Of a stretch of DNA of 64,000 bases, positions 19,211-27,454 are shown one piece after another; within the stretch, counting starts at the first letter, position 1, and every line of letters begins with the position of its first letter. The notes under the pieces were generated by a model. The model was not told the DNA's origin, did no database searches, and saw only the letters and a list, made by a program, of their open reading frames with translations. This stretch comes from Flavobacteriaceae bacterium (lineage in GTDB: Bacteria > Bacteroidota > Bacteroidia > Flavobacteriales > Flavobacteriaceae), in the NCBI GenBank assembly GCA_964230805.1, contig CAXRIA010000002.1, positions 23,664 to 87,663 on the forward strand. The letters are read 5' to 3'. Position numbers and translations under genes: made by a program.

Positions 19211-20473
19211 ATGAATGTTTTATTAAAATCGGCTACTATTATTGACACCAGCAGTCCTTTTCATAAACAGAAAAAAGACATTCTTATTGAAAACAATCGT
19301 ATTTCAAAAATTGGAGAAAACATAACGTGTCCAAAGGAATGTGAAGAAATTATTTTAGACGATTTACACATCTCCCAAGGTTGGTTTGATTCCAGTGTCT
19401 CTTTTGGAGAGCCTGGTTATGAAGAGCGAGAAACCATTGACAATGGACTGACCGTCGCAGCGAAAAGTGGTTTTACTGACGTCGCTGTAAATTCCAATAC
19501 AAAACCATTTATCGATTCCAAAGCGACGGTTGCCTTTCTCAAAAATAAAAGTTTTTCCAAAGCCACAAATTTACATCCGATTGCAAGCCTTTCTCAAGAA
19601 AGCAAAGGCCTTGAAATGGCTGAATTATTCGATATGAAGAATTCAGGAGCCATTGCCTTTGGAGATTACAACAAAGCCATTTCAGACAATTTAATGAAGA
19701 TTGCCCTCTTGTATGCCCAAAATTTTGACGGACTTCTTCTGAGCTTTCCAATAAACGAAGCCATTGCTGGAGAAGGAATTGCAAATGAAGGTAAAAATAG
19801 CACCCAACTGGGACTCAAGGGCATTCCCAATCTGGCAGAAGAATTGCAAATATCAAGAGATTTATTAGTCCTCGAATATACAGGAGGCAAGCTACACATT
19901 CCTACCATCAGTACGGCAAAATCGGTTGGTTTGATTCGTGAAGCCAAGAAAAAAGGGCTTGCCATCAGTTGTAGTGTGGCCATTCACAACTTACTACTCA
20001 CAGATGAAGAGCTTCACGGTTTCGAAGGAAATACAAAAGTAATTCCACCGCTGCGAACGAAAGAAGACACCTTGGCATTGTTCGAAGGCATCAAAGATGG
20101 AACCATTGACTGTGTTACTTCAGACCACAACCCTATCGATATTGAGGATAAAAAGGTTGAATTCGACAATGCAAAATACGGTACCATAGGTCTCGAAAGC
20201 GCCTTTGGACAATTGGCAAATCATTTTGATCTGGAAACCATTGTCAAGCTATTGGCAACGAATCCTAAAAAAGTATTCGGAATAAAAACACACCCGATAC
20301 AGGAAGGGAATACGGCTTCTTTGAGCTTATTTTCTCCCAAAGGAGAAGGTGTATTTGAAAAGGAACACATTTTGTCGACCTCCAAAAATGCCATCTTTTT
20401 AGATAAAAAAATGACGGGAAAAGTGTATGGAATTTTTGCAAACAAACAACTCATTTTAAAGAACCATTCCTAA
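19211..20473 (+). CDS. Dihydroorotase-like amidohydrolase, probably non-catalytic
   Basis: Overall DHOase type I layout with the SDHNP block. The GFIDxHVHxREPG signature reads GWFDSSVSFGEPG, so both His of the HxH site are Ser. Confidence 0.8.
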   Translation: MNVLLKSATIIDTSSPFHKQKKDILIENNRISKIGENITCPKECEEIILDDLHISQGWFDSSVSFGEPGYEERETIDNGLTVAAKSGFTDVAVNSNTKPFIDSKATVAFLKNKSFSKATNLHPIASLSQESKGLEMAELFDMKNSGAIAFGDYNKAISDNLMKIALLYAQNFDGLLLSFPINEAIAGEGIANEGKNSTQLGLKGIPNLAEELQISRDLLVLEYTGGKLHIPTISTAKSVGLIREAKKKGLAISCSVAIHNLLLTDEELHGFEGNTKVIPPLRTKEDTLALFEGIKDGTIDCVTSDHNPIDIEDKKVEFDNAKYGTIGLESAFGQLANHFDLETIVKLLATNPKKVFGIKTHPIQEGNTASLSLFSPKGEGVFEKEHILSTSKNAIFLDKKMTGKVYGIFANKQLILKNHS

Positions 20474-20475
20474 AA

Positions 20476-21120
20476 ATGAGCACTTACGAAAACGACTTTC
20501 ATTACCTTGAAAGACTTCCAGCAGATCCTTCAAAAAAGGCGCCTTTGCTCGTTTTGTTACACGGGTACGGATCCAACGAAGAGGACTTATTTTCATTTTC
20601 CAGTGAACTTCCCGAAGCGCTGCATATCATAAGCCTGAGAGCTCCGCATACACTCGGTTTCAATAGCTATGCTTGGTACAGCATCAATTTTGATGCAGAC
20701 CAAAACAAATTTTCAGATCTCGAAGAGGCAAAAGTATCTGTCGAAAAAATTGCTGCATTCCTACATGAAATCATTGCAGCAAAGAACATTGAATCCTCCA
20801 AAGTATTTTTATTGGGCTTTAGTCAAGGAGCCATTTTAAGTTATGCCCTATCATTGCATACAGAAAAAATCCCTTATGTTATTGCACTTAGCGGTTATTT
20901 GAATGAAGACTTGCTACACAAGCCCATCCATACAAACACCGATTATTTTGTTTCGCACGGTTCGGTAGACCAAGTCATCCCCGTAGCATGGGCGCAAAAA
21001 ACGCCGCTATTTTTTCAGCAACAAAACATTCAACACACGTATAAAGAATATCCTGTGGGGCATGGTGTCCATCCTCAAAATTTTTACGATTTTAAGAATT
21101 GGTTGGAGGCAAGACTCTAA
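20476..21120 (+). CDS. Alpha/beta hydrolase, phospholipase/carboxylesterase family
   Basis: Nucleophile elbow GFSQGA; LVLLHGYGSNEEDL; C-terminal GHGV. Starts 2 nt after the preceding stop. Confidence 0.85.
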   Translation: MSTYENDFHYLERLPADPSKKAPLLVLLHGYGSNEEDLFSFSSELPEALHIISLRAPHTLGFNSYAWYSINFDADQNKFSDLEEAKVSVEKIAAFLHEIIAAKNIESSKVFLLGFSQGAILSYALSLHTEKIPYVIALSGYLNEDLLHKPIHTNTDYFVSHGSVDQVIPVAWAQKTPLFFQQQNIQHTYKEYPVGHGVHPQNFYDFKNWLEARL

Positions 21121-21149
21121 ATCACGTCTTGTTCCATCTCCCTAAAAAA

Positions 21150-21926
21150 CTACCCCACAAAAACTTCCAGACCGTCGTAGGCAAGGAATACATTCTCGGG
21201 CAAGCTTTTTGATACTTCCTCATGGAAACCCAAAAGATGGCTGATATGTGTAATATAGGCTTTTTTGGGGCCAATCTCTTCAATAAAAGCAAGCGCTTCT
21301 TCCAGATTAAAATGGGTAGGATGCGGTTTGTTTCGGATGGCACTCACCACCAAGATTTCCAAATTTTTTAATTTTTCTCTTTCCTTGGGGACTACTTGCT
21401 TGACATCGGTCAAATAGGCAAAATCTTGAAATCTGTATCCAAATATATCCAAAGACCCATGCTTGACATTTACAGGAGTTACCAAAACCCCCTCTAAATT
21501 TATAGGAGAATCGTCAATTCTATTTTCAATGACATGAGCAGCGCCAGGGTACCTGTTTTCCTTTTGAAAAATATAATCATACCTTTTTTCCAAGGCATCT
21601 ACCACCCTATTTTTTCCATAGATTGGCATGCTACCCATTTGATAACAAAAAGGACGGATATCATCCAATCCTGCAATGTGGTCTGCATGTTCGTGTGTAA
21701 AAAAAATACCGTTGATCTTTTTTGTCTGAAACCGCAAAACTTGCGCTCTAAAATCGGGTCCACAATCGATCAGGTAAGAAAAATCATCCCATGAGACCAA
21801 TACGGAGGATCGCCATCTAGTATCTTTGGGATTTTTCGAGTGATTGACAGGATGATCTGACAAAATCATGGGAACTCCCTGGGAAGTTCCTGTGCCCAAA
21901 AACTGTATTTTAATTCTCTTTTTCAT
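21150..21926 (-). CDS. MBL-fold metallo-hydrolase (PhnP-like)
   Basis: HxHxDH motif (THEHADHIAG) and N-terminal LGTGTSQGVP. Start trimmed to the ATG at 21926 (MKKRIKIQFLGTG). Confidence 0.85.
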   Translation of the reverse strand: MKKRIKIQFLGTGTSQGVPMILSDHPVNHSKNPKDTRWRSSVLVSWDDFSYLIDCGPDFRAQVLRFQTKKINGIFFTHEHADHIAGLDDIRPFCYQMGSMPIYGKNRVVDALEKRYDYIFQKENRYPGAAHVIENRIDDSPINLEGVLVTPVNVKHGSLDIFGYRFQDFAYLTDVKQVVPKEREKLKNLEILVVSAIRNKPHPTHFNLEEALAFIEEIGPKKAYITHISHLLGFHEEVSKSLPENVFLAYDGLEVFVG

Positions 21927-21979
21927 GTGATGAAATTTATTTCTAACTACCAAAAAACACCCGTAAAAATACCATAAAT

Positions 21980-22012
21980 TTTGAAAAACCACTTTGTAAA
22001 TTCCTATTTTTG
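21980..22012 (+). promoter_or_regulatory. Promoter of the 483-aa uncharacterised gene (-33 TTTG, -7 TAttTTTG)
   Basis: TTTG at 21980-21983, a 21-nt spacer, then TATTTTTG at 22005-22012. The ATG is 23 nt downstream. Confidence 0.45.
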
Positions 22013-22035
22013 CTTTAAGACTCTTACTTTACATT

Positions 22036-23487
22036 ATGGCAATTACACTCAAAGGCGATCAAGAAATTAGCAACACACCCACAATAGAAGCGAAAGCATT
22101 GCGCATCAATTTAAACAAAAACATCTACGGAACTTTTTCTGAAATTGGTGCTGGGCAAGAGACCGTTCGTAACTTTTTTAGATCTGGTGGTTCCTCCGGA
22201 ACCATTGCCAAGGCAATGAGCGCTTATGATAAAGATTTTTCAGATGCCATTTACGGAATAGAGGACGACAAAAGGTATGTGACAGAAACACGGTTGAAAA
22301 AAATGGTGAAACATGAGATCAATCTCATGGAGCAGCGGCTGAGCAGAGCCAAAGACCCGGATAAATTATTTTTCAGCTATGCCAATACCGTACAAACCAT
22401 TGATTTTGCCAAAAAATTCAAAGGTCATGGATGGGTGGGTATCCGATTTCAACTAGACCCATTAGAAGACTACAACGAAATTATTTTACACCTAAGATTC
22501 AGAGAAACCGATGCCACTTTACAGCAGGAGACATTGGGAAAATTAGGTGTCAATCTTATTCATGGTGCCTTTTATCTCAATGACAGTCCTAAAGATTTAC
22601 TCATATCTCTCTACGACAATTTGCACAAAGACCAATTAGAGATAGACATGATCAACTTTTCTGGACCTCGTTTTATGTATGTTGACAACCGTCTGATGAG
22701 TTTACAACTCGTAAAAAATGGAATGACCAATGCGGTGATGTTCGATTCATCGGGAATCAATCTATTGCCTGCACAAGAACTCTACAAAAAAAACATCCTA
22801 ACACTTCGAGGAAGTTTTCGTCCCGTAACAAAAGTAAATATGGACATTTATAAAAATGCCAAAAAACTTTTTTTTCAAGAAAACAAAGTGGATGAGGCAC
22901 AAACAAAAATTATTTTCGAAATTACCTTGTCCAATCTACTCGCAGATGGAAAAATTAATGAACGTGATTTTTTAGACCGTGCAGAATTGCTGTGTTCTTT
23001 GGGGCAAAATGTGATGATTACCAATTTTAGTGAATACTACAAACTCACAGAATACCTAGGAGAATTTACCAAAAAAAGAATGGGCTTGGCCATGGGGGTC
23101 GATAGCATGGTAAAAGTATTTGACGAAAAATATTACCGCGATCTGAGTGGTGGAATTTTAGAAGCTGTCGGTAAATTATTCTTTAAGGATCTTAAGATTT
23201 ACATGTATCCTTCCCAACAAAAAGACAATCCTGACATTGTCACGAGTAAAAACCTCACAGTACATCCAAGAGTGAAAGAATTGTACAAATTCTTCAAACG
23301 AAATGGAAAATTGGTGGATATCAAAGGCTATGATCCAAAAATACTCCATGTCAATTCAAAAATCATACTTGACATGATTGCAAAACGAGAAAACGGTTGG
23401 GAGGAAATGCTCCCGGAAGGAATTTCTGATTTGATCAAAAGAAGAAAACTTTTTGGATACACTCCGCCAAGACCTTCTAACAACTAA
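22036..23487 (+). CDS. Uncharacterised conserved-looking cytoplasmic protein, 483 aa
   Basis: Long clean ORF with its own promoter: TTTG at 21980-21983 and TAttTTTG at 22005-22012. No signal peptide, TM segment, P-loop or other motif that I can name. Confidence 0.75.
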   Translation: MAITLKGDQEISNTPTIEAKALRINLNKNIYGTFSEIGAGQETVRNFFRSGGSSGTIAKAMSAYDKDFSDAIYGIEDDKRYVTETRLKKMVKHEINLMEQRLSRAKDPDKLFFSYANTVQTIDFAKKFKGHGWVGIRFQLDPLEDYNEIILHLRFRETDATLQQETLGKLGVNLIHGAFYLNDSPKDLLISLYDNLHKDQLEIDMINFSGPRFMYVDNRLMSLQLVKNGMTNAVMFDSSGINLLPAQELYKKNILTLRGSFRPVTKVNMDIYKNAKKLFFQENKVDEAQTKIIFEITLSNLLADGKINERDFLDRAELLCSLGQNVMITNFSEYYKLTEYLGEFTKKRMGLAMGVDSMVKVFDEKYYRDLSGGILEAVGKLFFKDLKIYMYPSQQKDNPDIVTSKNLTVHPRVKELYKFFKRNGKLVDIKGYDPKILHVNSKIILDMIAKRENGWEEMLPEGISDLIKRRKLFGYTPPRPSNN

Positions 23488-23758
23488 GTCCTTTTTTCTT
23501 TTCTAACAATCCTCAAACAGTTTGTGAACCAAACTTTTAAGTCTTTCTTCACATGATTCTAAGAAAATTCCATTAAAATTGCACCCAAATCAAATAGAAA
23601 CTTAAAATTTTCATAAATTCTATTAATTTTTTGAATAGTTTTTTTGAAAATCAAAGAATTTTCCTATCTTGTTGAACGAAATAGGAAATTTGTGAAACAA
23701 AAAGTTTGATCAAAACGAAAATGTCACTCAAAAATCCAGTATAAATCATATTTACAAC

Positions 23759-23980
23759 ATGGAAATTATAAAAGAAGCGTTAGAATTCACAGAGAATGAA
23801 TCGAAATTCAAATCGAGAGACGAAAGAATCAAAGCATCACATGCGGCGAAAACTCTTGTATTGGGATTGAATGAAATCTACAAAGAGAACAAAGACCCTA
23901 AAATCATGGACATCATGAAAAGGATTACCGTAATCAAGCAGAAATTTGAGAAAAGATTGAAAGGTAGACTGACTGCCTAG
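23759..23980 (+). CDS. Hypothetical small protein, 73 aa, K/E-rich helical
   Basis: ATG-initiated ORF with coding-like composition. Its TAG overlaps the stop of the convergent cysteine desulfurase gene. I found no recognisable promoter box. Confidence 0.45.
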   Translation: MEIIKEALEFTENESKFKSRDERIKASHAAKTLVLGLNEIYKENKDPKIMDIMKRITVIKQKFEKRLKGRLTA

Positions 23981-25116
23981 GCTGTTAATTTTTCTTTCAA
24001 AATTTCGACAACATAGAGCAAATCATCCCACTGTGTAAACTTGCTGAAAGAAAATCGCAACGAAGTAAAACCACTTTCTTTTTCTGAGAGCAAGCGATTC
24101 AACACGTGTGATCCTTGATTACTTCCACTCTGACAGGCACTTCCTCCTGAAAGACAAATGCCCAGCATATCTAGCTGAAACAATAATAATGGCAATTCTT
24201 TAGGAAGCCGCACACTTACCATTGTGACGGTACTTTTTTGCAAATCAGCCGAAGCACCGTTAAATTTTACAGCAGGCAATTCTGCTTGCAAATGGTTTAC
24301 AAACTTTTTCTTAAGATCATAGAGATACAAAACATCTTTTTTTAAATGGACCATAGATTGGCGTAAGGCCAACTCCATTCCAACAATCAAAGAAACAGCT
24401 TCTGTACCCGCCCTTGCTCCTTTTTCTTGTGCTCCACCAAACAACAAGGGCTGTATACCAAATCCTTTTTTAAAATACGCAAAACCAATTCCTTTCGGAC
24501 CGTGAAACTTATGTGCACTTGCCGCCATAAAATCAACAGACAGCGCATTCAGATTGATATCGAAATGTCCTACCGCCTGCACAGCGTCCGTATGAAACAA
24601 CGCCTCGTATTCCTTGCAAATAACGCCCACTTTTTCGACGTCTAAAATAGTACCAATTTCATTGTTCACGAACATTAAACTCACCAGCGTTTTGTGGTTT
24701 TTCACTGAAAGCAAACTTCTGAGGTGTACCAAATCCACCACACCATCGTCGGTGGTCTTCACATACTGAACAGCTATTTTTTGCTGCTTTTTCAGTTGTT
24801 TTACCACATTCAATACGGCATGATGCTCCAATTCTGAAGTAATGATCTGAGTTACCCCTAAATTCGCTACTGCATTGTGCAAAATCAGATTGTTTGCTTC
24901 ACTTCCTCCAGAGGTAAAAATAATTTCACTAGCGGAGACGCCAAACTGCTGGGCGATTTTCTTGCGTGCATTTTCAATAGAGGCTTTGGATGTTCTTCCA
25001 TACTGATGTATCGAGGAAGGGTTTCCAATGACATCGCGCATGGATTCTGCAATCGCATCAATCACATCCTCGTATACAGGTGTGGTAGCAGCATTGTCTA
25101 GGTATATTTTTTTCAT
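23977..25116 (-). CDS. Cysteine desulfurase, class V aminotransferase (NifS/IscS-like)
   Basis: PLP-lysine context SAHKFHGPKG and catalytic Cys loop SGGSACQSGS. Start set at the ATG at 25116; a GTG lies one codon upstream. Confidence 0.9.
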   Translation of the reverse strand: MKKIYLDNAATTPVYEDVIDAIAESMRDVIGNPSSIHQYGRTSKASIENARKKIAQQFGVSASEIIFTSGGSEANNLILHNAVANLGVTQIITSELEHHAVLNVVKQLKKQQKIAVQYVKTTDDGVVDLVHLRSLLSVKNHKTLVSLMFVNNEIGTILDVEKVGVICKEYEALFHTDAVQAVGHFDINLNALSVDFMAASAHKFHGPKGIGFAYFKKGFGIQPLLFGGAQEKGARAGTEAVSLIVGMELALRQSMVHLKKDVLYLYDLKKKFVNHLQAELPAVKFNGASADLQKSTVTMVSVRLPKELPLLLFQLDMLGICLSGGSACQSGSNQGSHVLNRLLSEKESGFTSLRFSFSKFTQWDDLLYVVEILKEKLTA

Positions 25117-25207
25117 CACAAAAGGCTCATGTTACAAAGAATACAACCGCAAAAATAGGGGTTTTAAAATTAACGAAAAACACTTTTCACGTTCCTGATA
25201 AAACCCT

Positions 25208-25215
25208 TACATTTG
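25208..25215 (+). promoter_or_regulatory. -7 box (TACATTTG) for the Ca-binding lipoprotein gene
   Basis: Lies 21 nt upstream of the ATG at 25237. Confidence 0.4.
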
Positions 25216-25236
25216 TTTGGGCCTAATACAAACAAC

Positions 25237-26082
25237 ATGAAAAAAATTTGCCTCGCACTTCTAATTTTCACTTTCTCTTGTGATGATGGAGATTTTGATG
25301 TTCCCTCTTTTGATTTTGAAGATGTCAGTTTGACGAACTGTGGAGATTTCGTGCTCCACAAAATAAGTAGTAGCGGTACGGAAGCCCTCATTTTGCATTT
25401 GGATGAAAAAAACACAGAAGATGTTTTTTTTAAAACACCAATGACCAATGAAGCTTATGCCATTTCAAGTTCAGGAAACAATCGTTTCCTCTACCGAATC
25501 TTTGAAGGACGCGTTCGCAGTGATTATTTCTGTCAAGAAGTTCCCCCAATAGATCCCACTGTCTCAAAAGAATGGACAGGGGAAGGCAATTTGCTTGTAA
25601 CCAATGAAATCACACTAGACGACGAAGATAAGGTACCGACCGAAATCGAAGGAACCATTCTCGATACCGATAATGATGGATACCCCAATTATATTGACAT
25701 CGATGATGATGGAGACAACATCGCAACACTTGATGAAGATTTGGACGGCGATGGCGACCCCACCAATGACGACACAGACAATGATGGGATTCCTAATTAT
25801 CTTGATACGGATGATGACAACGACGCTATTCTGTCAATCAACGAATCAAAAACCGCAGATGAAAACAACAATTTGATTGTGGACTACTTAGATCCCAGCA
25901 CCACAACATTTACCGAGGCAAGCACGGCGCTTTCAAACGCCTACAAGCAGAATTATGTCATTACTTTTGAATTTGAAACGCTCAATTTAACGAACGCTGA
26001 CAACGAAATTAATTACACAGACGGTTTTCTATTTGGAACAAAATCCGGTAGCTTCACTACTTCCGAAATCCCTGAAAACTAA
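25237..26082 (+). CDS. Lipoprotein with thrombospondin type-3-like Ca2+-binding repeats
   Basis: Lipobox in [17 protein letters not shown]. Asp-rich repeats [51 protein letters not shown] -7 box at 25208-25215 lies 21 nt upstream. Confidence 0.8.
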   Translation: MKKICLALLIFTFSCDDGDFDVPSFDFEDVSLTNCGDFVLHKISSSGTEALILHLDEKNTEDVFFKTPMTNEAYAISSSGNNRFLYRIFEGRVRSDYFCQEVPPIDPTVSKEWTGEGNLLVTNEITLDDEDKVPTEIEGTILDTDNDGYPNYIDIDDDGDNIATLDEDLDGDGDPTNDDTDNDGIPNYLDTDDDNDAILSINESKTADENNNLIVDYLDPSTTTFTEASTALSNAYKQNYVITFEFETLNLTNADNEINYTDGFLFGTKSGSFTTSEIPEN

Positions 26083-26639
26083 ACTTTTCTTTGTTTTAGC
26101 TGTACCTCAGTGGCACCCATCCCGTATTTTTGGTAGGAGGCTTCCATCACTTTTACAGGATATTTTGCAAATAAATAACTCAACTCTCTCTGCAATACAC
26201 CTTCTCCAACACCATGGATAAAAACAAGTTTGGGAATGCGTTTTCGAATAGCAAATTCCAGCTTGTGCTTTGCGGTATCTAATTGTAAATTGAGCATGTC
26301 AAAATTAGACATACCACGCGGATTTTTTACCAATTGCTCGATATGAAGGTCTATTTCCATCGCGGGACTTACCGCTTCTTTTTTCGAAACTTTTCTAACC
26401 TGAGACTTTTTCTTTTCAAAAGCATTTATTTTTTGCAACAGCAGCGCATTGTCAATGTCCGAAAATTTGGACAGTTCATGCTGAGCGGTTTCTATTTTTA
26501 CCAATTCTTTTTTGTGAAAGGTCATTTCAAACCCACTTTCTTCAGCGATGGTAATGGTATCTGCCTGAACATTCACAACAACCCCCTTGAGCACATCGTC
26601 CAAAACAGCCACTTTATCTCCTTTTTGAAATTCCATCAT
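26079..26639 (-). CDS. Smr domain protein
   Basis: C-terminal Smr domain (EIDLHIEQL...[16 protein letters not shown]) after a small N-terminal beta-rich domain. Confidence 0.8.
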   Translation of the reverse strand: MMEFQKGDKVAVLDDVLKGVVVNVQADTITIAEESGFEMTFHKKELVKIETAQHELSKFSDIDNALLLQKINAFEKKKSQVRKVSKKEAVSPAMEIDLHIEQLVKNPRGMSNFDMLNLQLDTAKHKLEFAIRKRIPKLVFIHGVGEGVLQRELSYLFAKYPVKVMEASYQKYGMGATEVQLKQRKV

Positions 26640-26659
26640 ACCGCCCTTTCAAAAGTTCA

Positions 26660-27451
26660 TCAAACTTCCCTCTTTTTGTCGTAAGGAATCTGCTTCAACA
26701 AATATTCAATAGAATTTATTCGAGCCAGTGATTTTCGATTCGCATTGATAATTTCCCAAGGGACACCTTTCTGATCTGCGTGGTCAAACATTTTCGATTT
26801 ATATGCTGTATATGAATCCCACAATTCTTGGGCTTTTTTATCAACGGCAGTCATTTTCCATTGTTTCAAAGGATTGTTTTGAATCTCTTGAAACCTCTTT
26901 TCCTGTTCCTTCTTAGTAATCGACATATAAATCTTCACCAAACGAATTCCCGACTGTGTAATCATTTTCTCAAACGCATTCACTTGACTCATAAAAACCT
27001 CGTAGTCTTCTTTCGAACAAAAGCCATTGACTGGTTCCACGACGGCTCTGTTGTACCAACTTCTGTCAAAAAACACAATTTCACCTGCCTTCGGAAACTT
27101 ATTGATATACCGTTGAAAATACCATTGGGTTTGCTCTTCTTCCGATGGCTTTGATAAAGCCACTATTCGAAAATGCCGTGGATTGATACGCTCTGTAATT
27201 CTACGAATAGCGCCTCCTTTTCCCGCTGCATCTCGACCTTCAAATATAACAATAACGCGCTCGTCATTTTCAATAATTGACGTTTGCATCTTAATCAGCT
27301 CGGCTTGCAATTTTTTTAATTTTTTCTCATAACCAACCACTCGCAAAGCCCGATCAACATTTACCTCTTTCCTAGAAAGCAATGCTCTGATACCTATTTT
27401 GGTATTCAACTTTTTCAAAATTTCTGGTTTCTTATCGATTGATTTTTCCAT
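26660..27451 (-). CDS. ppk2: Polyphosphate kinase 2, single-domain (copy B)
   Basis: Walker A-like IFEGRDAAGKGGAIRR and the lid/Walker B region DRSWYNRAVVEPV. Confidence 0.92.
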   Translation of the reverse strand: MEKSIDKKPEILKKLNTKIGIRALLSRKEVNVDRALRVVGYEKKLKKLQAELIKMQTSIIENDERVIVIFEGRDAAGKGGAIRRITERINPRHFRIVALSKPSEEEQTQWYFQRYINKFPKAGEIVFFDRSWYNRAVVEPVNGFCSKEDYEVFMSQVNAFEKMITQSGIRLVKIYMSITKKEQEKRFQEIQNNPLKQWKMTAVDKKAQELWDSYTAYKSKMFDHADQKGVPWEIINANRKSLARINSIEYLLKQIPYDKKREV

Positions 27452-27454
27452 AGG

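Noticed and set aside
25660-25830. Repetitive GAT/GAC-rich DNA that looks like a tandem repeat.
   Set aside because: It is the coding sequence of the Asp-rich Ca-binding repeats within an intact ORF, not a non-coding repeat or array.
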